A stretch of DNA of 45,192 nucleotides from Gemmatimonadales bacterium (GCA_036395195.1 DASWDP010000009.1:1-45192), one strand, 5' to 3'. Positions 17,743-27,085 are shown, numbered from the stretch's first letter. The notes: generated from the sequence alone by a model not told the origin. Numbers and translations: made by a program.

Positions 17743-18495
17743 CTAGAGCTTTTTCGCAACCACGAGCAGCTGCTCGCTCGCCAGCATCGCCGGGTGCACC
17801 ATCCAGCGGAACAGGTCGTCCTCGCCTTCCCGCCGCGGCCCGGGAGCCACGTGCCGCTTCGTCGCCAGCCGCGTGAACAGCCAGAACAGGGGGTACAGCA
17901 GCAGGAGCCACGCGTGCAGCGGCTTGAATCGAGTGAACCGCAACTGTTGCACGCGCAGGCCCGACTGGAACAGGAGCGTGTGCAGCAGCGGAAAGTCCAC
18001 CGGGTTAATGTGGTAGGCGTACAGCTGCTCGGGCCGCAGGTCCCAGCCGACGCGCCGCCGAATGAGCTTGTGCGTGCCGGTGAAGAAAAAGTGGAGTCGG
18101 GAGTGCAACCGCGCGACGTTCGGCGAGCTGAGGACCAGGTGGCCGCCCGGCCGCAGGATCCGGCCGGCCTCGTGCACCACCGGGATGTACGTGAACAGGT
18201 GCTCCGCCACCTCGCTCAGCACCACGACGTCAAACGCGTCGGCGTCGTAGGGCAACGGCTGCAGGAGATCGACGCCCTGATCGATAACGAGACCCTCGAG
18301 CAGCCGCTGCGGCGCGTCGCGCAGCTTGTAATCGTCGCTCCGGAAATGCGTGCCCCGCACGTCGCCACCATCACGTGCCAGCTCGCGGATGATCTCTCCC
18401 CTCCCGCAGCTCAAGTCGAGGACGCGCAGGGACGGATAACCGGGGAGCGCGCGAATGGCCGCGACGATGGCGCGCGCGACGAAGGCCTGAGGCAT
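17743..18495 (-). CDS. Class I SAM-dependent methyltransferase
   Basis: 250 aa. SAM motif I is VLDLSCGRGE, and the post-I/II motifs are DVVVLSEVAEHL and LRPGGHLVLSSPN. Confidence 0.8.
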   Translation of the reverse strand: MPQAFVARAIVAAIRALPGYPSLRVLDLSCGRGEIIRELARDGGDVRGTHFRSDDYKLRDAPQRLLEGLVIDQGVDLLQPLPYDADAFDVVVLSEVAEHLFTYIPVVHEAGRILRPGGHLVLSSPNVARLHSRLHFFFTGTHKLIRRRVGWDLRPEQLYAYHINPVDFPLLHTLLFQSGLRVQQLRFTRFKPLHAWLLLLYPLFWLFTRLATKRHVAPGPRREGEDDLFRWMVHPAMLASEQLLVVAKKL

Positions 18496-18526
18496 GGGGT
18501 CACAACTTAGTTATACTATCTCGCCC
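18496..18526. promoter_or_regulatory. AT-rich divergent promoter region between the methyltransferase operon (-) and the GT pair (+)
   Basis: ACAACTTAGTTATACTATCTC is the only AT-rich patch in the cluster. TATACT (18512-17) ends 9 nt before the ATG at 18527. On the other strand, TATAAC lies 14 nt before the start codon whose first base is 18495. Confidence 0.35.
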
Positions 18527-19444
18527 ATGCACGTCGTCGTCGCCTCCCACCAGCAACTGCCGGCGAAGGGCTACGGCGGCCCGCAGCGCGTGGTGGTCGC
18601 ACTGGTGCGCGGCCTCGCGGCACTCGGCCACCGCGTCACGCTGCTCGCGCCCCCCGGCACGCGCGTCCCGGAAGCGAAGCTGGTCGAGGTCCCGCCGCGC
18701 AAGTTCGGCGACCCGGCGACGCTCGCGCCTTACATCCCGCGCGACGGCGACATCCTGCACGCGCACTTCCCGCTGAAGCGCGGGCCCGGCCAGATCCCGT
18801 TCGTGCAGACCATCCACCGCAACTTGAAGCCCGGCAGCCCGCTCGACCCCAACACGATCTTCCTCTCCCGCGACCATGCGCGCCGCCACGGGAGCGAAAC
18901 GTTCGTCTACAACGGGCTCGACCCGGCGCAGTATTTCTTCCGCCGCTTCCCCAAGCGGCACGAGCAGTACGATCTGTTCCTCGGCAAGCTGCACAGCGCC
19001 AAGGGCTACCACTGGGCGGTCGAGGCGGCGAAGCGCACGGGGCACCCCTTGATCGTGGCGGGCGGCTGGCGGCCGAGCTTCACGGGGTCGATCCAGTACG
19101 TGGGCGAGGTGGACGGCGGCGCGAAGGCGGCGCTGCTCGCCCGCGCCCGCTGCCTGTGGAACCCCGCCGAGTGGGACGAGCCGTTCGGCCTCGTCACCGT
19201 CGAGGCGTTGCTCTCGGGCACGCCGGTGCTGGGCACGCGCCGCGGCGCGCTGCCGGAGCTGATCGCGCCCGAGGTGGGCGCGCTGTGCGACACGATGGAG
19301 GAGATGATCGCGGCGGCCGACACGATCCACACGCGGAGCCCCCAGGCCTGCCGCGCGCACGCCGAGCGCCGGTTCACGCATCTGACGATGGCCGAGGGTT
19401 ACGTGCAGGTCTATCGCCGGGTGCTGCAGGCCGGCGCCACCTGA
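18527..19444 (+). CDS. Glycosyltransferase (GT4-like), tandem paralog A
   Basis: It starts at MHVVVASHQQLPAKGYGG. The C-terminus has EPFGLVTVEALLSGTPVLGTRRGALPE. The internal ATG at 18527 is preferred over the ORF-track start at 18494. Confidence 0.8.
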   Translation: MHVVVASHQQLPAKGYGGPQRVVVALVRGLAALGHRVTLLAPPGTRVPEAKLVEVPPRKFGDPATLAPYIPRDGDILHAHFPLKRGPGQIPFVQTIHRNLKPGSPLDPNTIFLSRDHARRHGSETFVYNGLDPAQYFFRRFPKRHEQYDLFLGKLHSAKGYHWAVEAAKRTGHPLIVAGGWRPSFTGSIQYVGEVDGGAKAALLARARCLWNPAEWDEPFGLVTVEALLSGTPVLGTRRGALPELIAPEVGALCDTMEEMIAAADTIHTRSPQACRAHAERRFTHLTMAEGYVQVYRRVLQAGAT

Positions 19445-20427
19445 TGCCGCTGCACGTGGCGCTCGTCTCGCACCACCGGTTGCCGGTGCAGGGGTACGGC
19501 GGGACGGAGCGCGTGGTCGTGGCGCTCGCGCGGGGGCTTGACGCGCTCGGCCACCGCGTGACGCTGCTCGCCGCGCCCGGCACGCGGGTCGCCGAGGCAG
19601 CGGTCGTCGAGGCGCCGCCGGCCCGCATCCTGGATCCCACCGTCGACCTCGCCACGCTCCTCCCGTCGGACGCGGACGTCGTCCATGCCTTCTTCGCCGT
19701 GCGCCGTACACCCTCCCGCCCGTTCGTCCGGACGCTCGAAGGGAATCTCCGGGCGGGCGTCGCCGCGTCTCCCGACACCATCTTCGTTTCCCGCAACCAT
19801 GCCCACCGCTACGGGAGTGAGGTCTTCGTCTACAACGGCCTCGATCCGGGAGACTATCTGTTTCGATCCGAGAAGGACCAGTACGACCTGTTCCTCGGCC
19901 GGCTGCACAGCGTGAAGGGCTACCGGTGGGCGATCGAAGGCGCGAAGCGGAGCGGCCGGCGGTTGCTGATCGCCGGGGGCTGGCGCCCGAGCTTGCGCCG
20001 CAGGATCCGCTACGTCGGCACGGTCGACGGCCGCAAGAAGGCGGAGCTTCTGGCGGGCGCCCGCTGTCTCTGGATGCCAGCGCTGTGGGACGAGCCGTTC
20101 GGCCTGACGACGATCGAGGCTTTGTTCTCCGGAACGCCCGTCCTGGGCACGCGCCGGGGCGCGCTGCCCGAGGTGATCAGCGCCGAGGTGGGCGCGCTCT
20201 GCGACTCGCTGGACGAGATGGTCGCCGCGGCGGAGACGATCCACACCCGGAGTCCCGAGGCCTGCCGCGCCCACGCCGAGCGCTACTTCACCCACCTCGT
20301 GATGGCGGAGGAGTACGTGCGGATGTACCGGTCCCTGCTCGAGACCGGGCGGCTGCCGCCCGGCCGGCCCACGCCGTTCGCGCCCCCCCCGCCCCCCCCG
20401 CCCCCTCCTAGCGCAGCGCCACGGTGA
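19444..20427 (+). CDS. Glycosyltransferase (GT4-like), tandem paralog B, with a poly-proline tail
   Basis: It starts at MPLHVALVSHHRLPVQGYGG. The start ATG overlaps the stop of paralog A (TGATG). EPFGLTTIEALFSGTPVLGTRRGALPE is present. The C-terminus has nine consecutive prolines encoded by C8-G-C8-G-C5. Confidence 0.85.
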   Translation: MPLHVALVSHHRLPVQGYGGTERVVVALARGLDALGHRVTLLAAPGTRVAEAAVVEAPPARILDPTVDLATLLPSDADVVHAFFAVRRTPSRPFVRTLEGNLRAGVAASPDTIFVSRNHAHRYGSEVFVYNGLDPGDYLFRSEKDQYDLFLGRLHSVKGYRWAIEGAKRSGRRLLIAGGWRPSLRRRIRYVGTVDGRKKAELLAGARCLWMPALWDEPFGLTTIEALFSGTPVLGTRRGALPEVISAEVGALCDSLDEMVAAAETIHTRSPEACRAHAERYFTHLVMAEEYVRMYRSLLETGRLPPGRPTPFAPPPPPPPPPSAAPR

Positions 20428-21364
20428 GGAGCTCCGCCAGCCGGTGGATCCAGGTGTGCTCGCGCAGCGCCCGCTCGCGCGCCGCATCGCCGAGCGCGCG
20501 GCGCGCCACCGCATCGGCGAGCAGCGTGCGGGCGGCCTCGCGCAGCTCGGCGACGCTGCGGTAGAGCACGATCTCGCGCCCCGGGGTGAAGTGGCGCGCG
20601 ATGTCGCCCTTCGCGTCCGAGAGCTGCGGCGTGCCGATGGCGGCGAGCTCGAAGACGCGCATGTTGGCGCCCGTACCGTAGCGCGCCGGATCGCCCGTCT
20701 GGCCGAAGTGCTGGTGCACGTTCAGGCCCACCGTCGCGCTCGAGAGCGCACGCACGAAGTCGTCCCCGTACACCGGCCCGCGCGGCCACCCCGGGCCCCG
20801 CACCACGAGCCCGAGGTCCGCGAGCGCGCCGAGCACGCGCTCGCGCGCCGGGTCGCGCGACCCCACGAACGCGAGCGGGGCGCGCCAGCGCGCGCCGCCG
20901 TCCAGCGGCCGGTGGTAGGCCGGGTCGCACCCGAACGCGAGGTAGTAGGCGCGCGCCCCGGCGCCGCGGTGCGCCTCGAGGCTCGAGCTGTCGTGGGTGA
21001 AGAACCAGTCGTACGCCGGGGCGAGCCGGATCGAGTGCTCCAGGTTGTGGGGGGCGTCCGGGAACCAGTTGGCCCAGCGGGCGCCGCCGCGCGAGCGCAG
21101 GCGGGCGACCGCCGCGGGCTCGAGCCTCGACCCTTTGAAGACGAGCACCAGGTCCGTGGGCCCGCGCCGGAGCAGCCGGTCGAGCCGGTCCACGAGCGGG
21201 CGGCGCAAGATCGCGTTCAGCCCGCGCCGTCGCTCCTCGCAGCAGCGCACCTCGCACCCCAGCGCCTCGAGCCCCGCGGCGAGCGCCAACCCGCTCCGGT
21301 GGTAGCGGGCGTTGAACGCCGCGACGAGCACCACCCGCAGCCCGGCGAACGGCCGCGCGGTCAT
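20408..21364 (-). CDS. CgeB-family / DUF3880-type glycosyltransferase-like protein
   Basis: 318 aa from MTARPFAG, with an ATGA overlap with the upstream gene. The C-terminal region NMRVFELAAIGTPQLSD...REHTWIHR is typical of Glyco_trans_1_2/CgeB proteins. Confidence 0.75.
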   Translation of the reverse strand: MTARPFAGLRVVLVAAFNARYHRSGLALAAGLEALGCEVRCCEERRRGLNAILRRPLVDRLDRLLRRGPTDLVLVFKGSRLEPAAVARLRSRGGARWANWFPDAPHNLEHSIRLAPAYDWFFTHDSSSLEAHRGAGARAYYLAFGCDPAYHRPLDGGARWRAPLAFVGSRDPARERVLGALADLGLVVRGPGWPRGPVYGDDFVRALSSATVGLNVHQHFGQTGDPARYGTGANMRVFELAAIGTPQLSDAKGDIARHFTPGREIVLYRSVAELREAARTLLADAVARRALGDAARERALREHTWIHRLAELLTVALR

Positions 21365-22224
21365 ACCTCCACGTAGTTCCGGAACTCGAAGAGGCGCGCG
21401 CCCGTCAGCTGCTCGATCCAGTCGGAGAGATAGTACCGGAGGTAACTCAGCCGGAAGTGACGCGACCCCGCTACGGGGATGCTGTCCTGCGCCCGCGCCG
21501 CGATCCACTCCCGCGCCACGGCGGGATGCGTCCCGGTGAACCGGCGCAAGAGCGGCGTCCAGCCCAGCGAGCCGCGGGCCTGCTCCGCCGCCGATCGCTC
21601 GGCGCTCCACGGGTAGATCCTCTTCGAGATCTCGTGCTTCTCGTGGATCGCCCGCGCGGAGCGGGCCCAGCCGTAGTGGAACATCTCGGCGTCCGTGAGC
21701 CGCGCGCGGATCTTCCGGTGCGCGGGGCCCACGCGGAACCCCTGGGCACCCTGGTACGGCCGGACATCCCCGCCGAGCCGGACGCAGCGCACCTCGCGGC
21801 GGTACCAGTGCCGGTTCGTCGCGATCGTGTCGAACCCGCCGTAAAAGTGGTAGTACCGCACGAGCAGCCCCTCCACCCGCTCATCCCGGTCCCACTCGGC
21901 CACCTGCTCCTTGAGGATGCGCGCGCCCCGCTCGTGGAGCACCTCGTCCGCCTGGATGTAGACGCCCCACGAACCCCGGCAGGCATCCATCGCGCGCCGC
22001 GTTTCGGTCGACAGCATGAGATTCTTCTTCGTGAAGTCCCATTCCGTGTCAAGGATCCGGACGCGCGGGTCGCCGATCGAGGTGACCAGGTCGCGCGTAC
22101 CGTCCTCCGACTTCCCCACGTTCACGACGACCTCGTCGCAGATGCCGAGGATCGAACGGATCGCGGGGACGATCGGGAAATCCAGCTTGACGGCGTTCCG
22201 GACGATGGTGAAGCCGGAGAGCAT
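21361..22224 (-). CDS. Glycosyltransferase family 2-like protein
   Basis: 287 aa. The N-terminus FTIVRNAVKLDFPIVPAIRSILGICDEVVVNVGKSEDGT is typical of a GT-A fold subfamily found in LPS and glycan clusters. Confidence 0.7.
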   Translation of the reverse strand: MLSGFTIVRNAVKLDFPIVPAIRSILGICDEVVVNVGKSEDGTRDLVTSIGDPRVRILDTEWDFTKKNLMLSTETRRAMDACRGSWGVYIQADEVLHERGARILKEQVAEWDRDERVEGLLVRYYHFYGGFDTIATNRHWYRREVRCVRLGGDVRPYQGAQGFRVGPAHRKIRARLTDAEMFHYGWARSARAIHEKHEISKRIYPWSAERSAAEQARGSLGWTPLLRRFTGTHPAVAREWIAARAQDSIPVAGSRHFRLSYLRYYLSDWIEQLTGARLFEFRNYVEV

Positions 22225-22225
22225 G

Positions 22226-24028
22226 TCAGCTCCGAAATTGCATATCGTAGAGGCGGCGGTACAATCCCCCCGCCGCGAACAGCGCGTCGTGCGTGCCGCG
22301 CTCGACGATCCGCCCGTCGGCGAGCACCACGATGAGGTTCGCGTCTCGCACGGTGGCGAGCCGATGCGCGATGACCAACACGGTGCGGTGCGCCATCAAC
22401 CGGTCGATCGCCTCCTGGACGAGGCGCTCGGACTCCATGTCCAGGGCGCTCGTCGCTTCGTCGAGGATCAGAATCGGCGGATCGCGCAGCAGCGCGCGCG
22501 CGATCGCGATGCGCTGGCGCTCGCCGCCGGAAAGCCTCATACCGCGCTCGCCCAGCAGCGTCCGGTAGCCGTCCGGGAGTTGCGAGACGAACTCATGCGC
22601 GTTCGCCGCCCGCGCGGCCACCTGCACCTGCTCGAGCGTGAAGTCCCGCCGGCCGTAGGCGATGTTCGCGAACACCGTGTCGTTGAGCAGGACGGTCTCC
22701 TGCGACACGATCCCCATCAACCCCCGCAGGCTCGTGCGGGTGAACCGCGCGATCGGCACGCCGTCGAGCAGGATGGCGCCGCCCGTCGGCTCGTAGAAGC
22801 GCGGCAGCAGGTCCACGAGCGTCGTCTTCCCGGCCCCCGATGGGCCCACGACCGCCACGACGTGCCCGCGGCGGATCTCGAGGTCGATCCCCGCGAGCAC
22901 GGGCGCCTCGCCGTTGTAGGAGAACGACACCCCGCGGTACTCGATCCTCTGCTCGAATCGCGCGGGCTCCTCGCCCGGCCGGTTCCCCTCGTCGGCGGCG
23001 AGGTCGAGCACCTCGAACACGCGGTCCGCCGCGGCCAGCGCGCCGGCCATCGTGGCGGGGTAGTTGGCGACGGCCTTGACCGGCGACATGAGCCGCAGCG
23101 CCACCGCGATGAACGCGATGAAGACCTCGGGCCGGAGCGTCGCGGCCTCACCCAGCGCCAGCCGCGTGCCGACCGAAAAGATCAGGACGATCACGATCCC
23201 GGCGAACACCTCGCTCAGCGGGCTCGTGAGCGAGGAATAGCGCTGCGCGCGCATGACGCCCCGGCGGTAGCGGTCAGCCAGCACCCGGAATCGCTCCGCC
23301 TCGAAGGCTTCGGCCACGTACGCCCGAACCAGTTTGATCGAGCCGACCAGCTCGCTCACCAGACTGGTGAGCTCGCCGCGCTGGTCTGCCTGCTCCCGCG
23401 AACGCCGCCGGACCTTCGCGACCACCGGCCGGACGATGACCACGAGCAGGGGCGCGCACACGAGCGCGATCAGCGTCAACCGCCACGACAGGCCGACGAG
23501 GATCGCGACGTAGACCAGGATGAGGCTCACGTTCTGCAGCAGCGAGGCGAGGGAGGCGGTGACCGCCGTCTTCACCTGGTCGGTGTCGTTGATGACCCGG
23601 GCGAGCAGCTGCCCGCCGCGGGTGCGCTGGAAGAAGCCCAGGGGCAGGGTCTGCAGGTGCCCGAACAAGCGGACCCGCAGGTCGCGCACGACCCCCTCCT
23701 GGATCGCCACCATCGAGACCGCGCTGGCGTAGGTGAGCGCGTTCTTGAGCACCAGCGTGCCGACGAGCACCAGGACCACGTTGCGCAGCGCCGCCTGCGG
23801 CGACCCCGTCGCGAACAGCGGGCCGGCCACCGCCGCGAGGACGCGCTCCACCGTCGACCCACCCGCCGCCGGCAGGGCTTGCTGGCCGAACAGCGCCCGC
23901 AGGAACGGGATCAACAGCACGAACGTGGCGCCGTCCATGACCGAAGCCACGATCGTGGCGGCGATGTTGGCGGCGAACAGCAGCGTGTAGGGACGCAGCA
24001 GCAGGAACAGGCGACCGCTGCGGCCCAT
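22226..24028 (-). CDS. msbA: ABC transporter permease/ATPase, lipid A exporter MsbA-like
   Basis: 600 aa with a six-TM domain plus an NBD. Motifs are GPSGAGKTT (Walker A), LSGGERQR (signature) and ILILDEATSALD (Walker B). It lies within an LPS-core cluster. Confidence 0.85.
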   Translation of the reverse strand: MGRSGRLFLLLRPYTLLFAANIAATIVASVMDGATFVLLIPFLRALFGQQALPAAGGSTVERVLAAVAGPLFATGSPQAALRNVVLVLVGTLVLKNALTYASAVSMVAIQEGVVRDLRVRLFGHLQTLPLGFFQRTRGGQLLARVINDTDQVKTAVTASLASLLQNVSLILVYVAILVGLSWRLTLIALVCAPLLVVIVRPVVAKVRRRSREQADQRGELTSLVSELVGSIKLVRAYVAEAFEAERFRVLADRYRRGVMRAQRYSSLTSPLSEVFAGIVIVLIFSVGTRLALGEAATLRPEVFIAFIAVALRLMSPVKAVANYPATMAGALAAADRVFEVLDLAADEGNRPGEEPARFEQRIEYRGVSFSYNGEAPVLAGIDLEIRRGHVVAVVGPSGAGKTTLVDLLPRFYEPTGGAILLDGVPIARFTRTSLRGLMGIVSQETVLLNDTVFANIAYGRRDFTLEQVQVAARAANAHEFVSQLPDGYRTLLGERGMRLSGGERQRIAIARALLRDPPILILDEATSALDMESERLVQEAIDRLMAHRTVLVIAHRLATVRDANLIVVLADGRIVERGTHDALFAAGGLYRRLYDMQFRS

Positions 24029-25618
24029 TCAGCGGACTCCCCCGCTGCGCGCGCCGCGCCCGCGCGGCGTGAGCAGCGCGACGGGCAGGATCATCTCCTC
24101 GGGCGTCACGCCGCCGTGCAGGAACGAGCCGCGGTAGCGCGCCTGGTACTCACGCAGCTTGGTGGGATACACGAAGAACCGGTCCGAGGTGGCGAGCAGC
24201 AACCGCACCCCGAGCCCCATCCCCGGCAGGCCGAAGGACTTCAGGTCCTCTACGAGGATCGCCGCCTCCGGGTCCTCGCTGCGGAGATCCTCGCCGAACT
24301 TGTAGCGCAGGTTCGCCGTCGCGTCGCGCTTGGCGTACACCGTCGCCGGCGTCTCGCAGTGAATGGAGCCGTGGTCGGTGGTGAGGAGGACCGACACGCC
24401 GCGCCGCTCCGCCTCCTGCAGCGCCGCCAGCACCGGCGAGCGCTCGAACCAGGTGCGGGTGAGGCTCCGCAACGCCGCCTCGTCGCGCGCCACCTCGTAC
24501 AGGATCGCGCTCTCCGAGCGCCCGTGGGTCAGCTGATCGACGAAGTTGAACACCAGCGCGGTCACGCCGTCCTGCGCGAGGTGCGCGGGGAGGCGGCGCA
24601 GCAGCTCGCCCTCGCCCGAGCCGAACAGCTTCTCGTAGCGCACCGCGACGGGCCGGCCCACCACCTCCCGCAGCTGCTCCGCCAGGAGCTCGCCTTCGTG
24701 CGCGTTGAGGCTCTCCTCGTCCGACGGCTGGCCCCACCAGTCGGGATGGCGCGCGGCGATCTCCATCGGGAACATCCCGGAGAAGATCGCGTTGCGGGCG
24801 AACGGCGTGGCGGTGGGGACGATGCTGTAGTAGTGGGACTCCTCCACCTCGAACAGCGGCGTCACGAGCTCGCGCAGCACCTCCCACTGGTCGAGCCGCA
24901 GGCAGTCGATCACCACGAACAGCGCCCGCCCCGCCGACTGCAGCACCGGCACCAGGAACTCCGCGCCCACGTCCACCGAGAGGGGCGGCCGGTCCCCCTC
25001 GGGGCTGGCGAGCCAGCGCGGGTACTGGCGCGCGACGTACTCGGCGAAGTCCTTGCGGAGGCTGCGCTGCACGCTGCGCAGCGCCTCCGAGAGCCCCGGC
25101 TCGTTGGACGCGGCGAGCCGCACCTCCCAGCGCGCCAGCTCCACCACCAGCTCGATCCACTCGCGCCAGGCGAGCGCCGACCCGCGCCGGCCCTCGAGCT
25201 CGCGGAACCGGCTCACGAAGTCGCGCGCGAGGCGCTGCTGGCGGATGCGGTCGCCCTCGAGCAGCCGTGTGACCACCGAAAGGACCTGGCGGGGGTGCAC
25301 CGGCTTCACCAGGTAGTCGTCCACCTCGATGCCGATGGCATCCCGCAGCGTCCCCTCGTCCTCGCTCTGGGTGACCATGACGACCGGCATCGCGGGATCG
25401 ATCAGGCGGATCTCGCCGATCAGCTCGAGGCCGCGTCGCCCGGGCATTTGCTCGTCGAGCAGGACGACGCTGTAGGGCTGGCGACGCAGCAGCGCGAGCG
25501 CGTCGTCCCCGTGGACCGCCGAGGCCACCGTGAACCCCTGGGCCTCGAGGAAGCGGCGATGGGCGGCGAGCCCCTCGACCTCGTCGTCCACCCAGAGGAT
25601 GCTCTTCGGGCGCGGCAT
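24029..25618 (-). CDS. PorX-like bifunctional response regulator / alkaline-phosphatase-superfamily (PglZ domain) protein
   Basis: 529 aa from MPRPKSILWVDDE. The receiver has its acidic pocket, a phospho-acceptor in LLDEQMP, and LVKP. The C-terminal PglZ-type domain has FVVIDCLRLDQW and TTDHGS. Its stop directly abuts the msbA start. Confidence 0.8.
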   Translation of the reverse strand: MPRPKSILWVDDEVEGLAAHRRFLEAQGFTVASAVHGDDALALLRRQPYSVVLLDEQMPGRRGLELIGEIRLIDPAMPVVMVTQSEDEGTLRDAIGIEVDDYLVKPVHPRQVLSVVTRLLEGDRIRQQRLARDFVSRFRELEGRRGSALAWREWIELVVELARWEVRLAASNEPGLSEALRSVQRSLRKDFAEYVARQYPRWLASPEGDRPPLSVDVGAEFLVPVLQSAGRALFVVIDCLRLDQWEVLRELVTPLFEVEESHYYSIVPTATPFARNAIFSGMFPMEIAARHPDWWGQPSDEESLNAHEGELLAEQLREVVGRPVAVRYEKLFGSGEGELLRRLPAHLAQDGVTALVFNFVDQLTHGRSESAILYEVARDEAALRSLTRTWFERSPVLAALQEAERRGVSVLLTTDHGSIHCETPATVYAKRDATANLRYKFGEDLRSEDPEAAILVEDLKSFGLPGMGLGVRLLLATSDRFFVYPTKLREYQARYRGSFLHGGVTPEEMILPVALLTPRGRGARSGGVR

Positions 25619-25675
25619 AGGGCGAAAGCTAATGACGACTGGCGAACCCGGGCAACGCGACGGTAACTTCGCCGC

Positions 25676-26671
25676 GTGTTGTGCGTCCTGCTGGTGCGCT
25701 TCAGCTCCATCGGCGACATCCTGCTCACCACGCCGCTCGTGCGCGCGCTCGCGCGCCGCCACCCCGAGGCGAAGCTCGTCTACGTGACGAAGCGCGCGAT
25801 GGCGCCGCTGGTCGCTGACAATCCGCACCTGAGCGCCGTCGTGACGCTCGACCCCGACGAGCCGCTGCTCCACCTCGCCCGCCGGCTGCGCGCCCTGGGA
25901 CCGACCCACGGGCTCGACCTGCATGGCAGCGTCCGGAGCGCGGCGCTGCGGCTGCTCGTGCCCTGCCGCTGGTCGGGATACCGGAAGCGCAAGCTCGCCC
26001 GCACGCTGCTCATCTCCACCAAGCTCGACCTGTACGGCCGCCGGCTTCCTGTGGCGGAGCGCTACTTCGAGGCCGCGCGCCGGCTCGACGCGCGGCCCGA
26101 CGGGGGCCCCCCGGAGTTCGCCCTGGGCCGCGGCGCGACGGAGCGCGTGGCGCAGTGGCTCGGCGCGCGCGGCCTCGCGGACGCGCGGCTCGCGGCGCTC
26201 GCCCCCGGCGCCGCGCACGCGACGAAGCGCTGGCCCGTGGCGCACTGGAGCGCGCTCGCGGAGCACCTGCGCGCGGCGGGCTACCGCACCGTCGTCGTGG
26301 GCGGGCCCGAGGACCGCGGGCTCGCCCAGCAGCTCGTGACGGCCGGCGCCGCCGCGAGCGCCGCCGGCGAGTTCTCGCTCCAGGAAACGGGCGCGCTGCT
26401 CGCGCGCTCCCGGGTCGTCGTGTCGGGCGACACCGGCGTCATGCACATGGCCACGGGCGTCGGCGCGCCGGTAGTGGCGCTGTTCGGCCCCACCGTCGAG
26501 CAGTTCGGCTTCTTCCCGTACCGCGCCCGCGCCGTCGTGCTGCAGCGCGCCCTCGACTGCCGCCCCTGCTCGGCGACGGGGACCGCCACTTGCCCGCTGG
26601 GCCATCACCGCTGCCTGGCGGACGTCGCGCCCGCCGACGTCGCCGCCGCCGTGGAACGGCTGGTCGCGTGA
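25676..26671 (+). CDS. Glycosyltransferase family 9 (ADP-heptose:LPS heptosyltransferase)
   Basis: 331 aa. Motifs are LLVRFSSIGDILLTTPLVRAL, KRWP..HW and SGDTGVMHMA. Confidence 0.88.
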   Translation: MLCVLLVRFSSIGDILLTTPLVRALARRHPEAKLVYVTKRAMAPLVADNPHLSAVVTLDPDEPLLHLARRLRALGPTHGLDLHGSVRSAALRLLVPCRWSGYRKRKLARTLLISTKLDLYGRRLPVAERYFEAARRLDARPDGGPPEFALGRGATERVAQWLGARGLADARLAALAPGAAHATKRWPVAHWSALAEHLRAAGYRTVVVGGPEDRGLAQQLVTAGAAASAAGEFSLQETGALLARSRVVVSGDTGVMHMATGVGAPVVALFGPTVEQFGFFPYRARAVVLQRALDCRPCSATGTATCPLGHHRCLADVAPADVAAAVERLVA

Positions 26672-27060
26672 CCCGGGTGGGGGCGGGGGGGGCCACCACG
26701 CCCGCCGAGGAGCGGCTCATCGCGCTCGCCGCCGAGGCAGCCCGGGGGCCCGTACGCGACGGGCTGTTCGCCCTGTGGCTCGTGGTGCGCGTCGCGGAGG
26801 CGCTGCTCCCGCCGCGGCCGGTATCGGGCAAGAATCACCGCCGCCGCCTCCAGGCGCTGGAGGCGCGGCTCGCGAGCCTCGCGCTCCCCGCCCCCCTCAA
26901 GCGCGCCGTCGCCGCGGCGCGGCAGCACCTCGAGGCCGGGACGCCCGCTGCGGCCGCCCTGGTGCTCTCCCAGCTCGTGGCTCCGGCCCGGGACGTGCTC
27001 GGCCCCGAGGCGGGGGACGCCGTGGTCGTTGCCGCCCGCTCCGCCCGCATACATCTATAA
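26668..27060 (+). CDS. Hypothetical protein (Ala/Leu/Arg-rich, helical)
   Basis: 130 aa. The GTG start overlaps the GT9 stop (GTGA). GC3 is high throughout. I recognise no family motif. Confidence 0.5.
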   Translation: MTRVGAGGATTPAEERLIALAAEAARGPVRDGLFALWLVVRVAEALLPPRPVSGKNHRRRLQALEARLASLALPAPLKRAVAAARQHLEAGTPAAAALVLSQLVAPARDVLGPEAGDAVVVAARSARIHL

Positions 27061-27085
27061 GGCGAGACGCCCAGGAGCAGCTTTC

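Noticed and set aside
24029-25618. The PglZ domain as evidence for a BREX / phage-defence locus.
   Set aside because: No pglX, brxC, brxL or other BREX genes are nearby. The PglZ domain is fused to a receiver domain, which is the PorX architecture. The neighbours are msbA and glycosyltransferases.
22016-25666. A 1216-aa ORF on the + strand, and similar very long ORFs in the track (818..2155 -, 1204..2577 +, 6050..8425 -, the 5' 2.2 kb of 6166..9633 +, 16526..17911 -, 43432..45114 -).
   Set aside because: These are antisense or frame-shifted relative to ORFs with strong family motifs (MsbA, PorX-like, PBP1A, Gfo/Idh/MocA and others). Their translations are low-complexity Arg/Ala/Gly/Pro/Asp strings. 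Stop codons are simply rare in all frames at this GC content.
25619-25675. GGCGAA (25621), GGCGAA (25641) and inverted TTCGCC (25668) in the PorX-like/heptosyltransferase divergent spacer, considered as a regulator binding site.
   Set aside because: Six-nt GC-rich words recur by chance at this base composition. The adjacent response regulator has no DNA-binding domain. There is no supporting spacing or symmetry beyond the hexamers.
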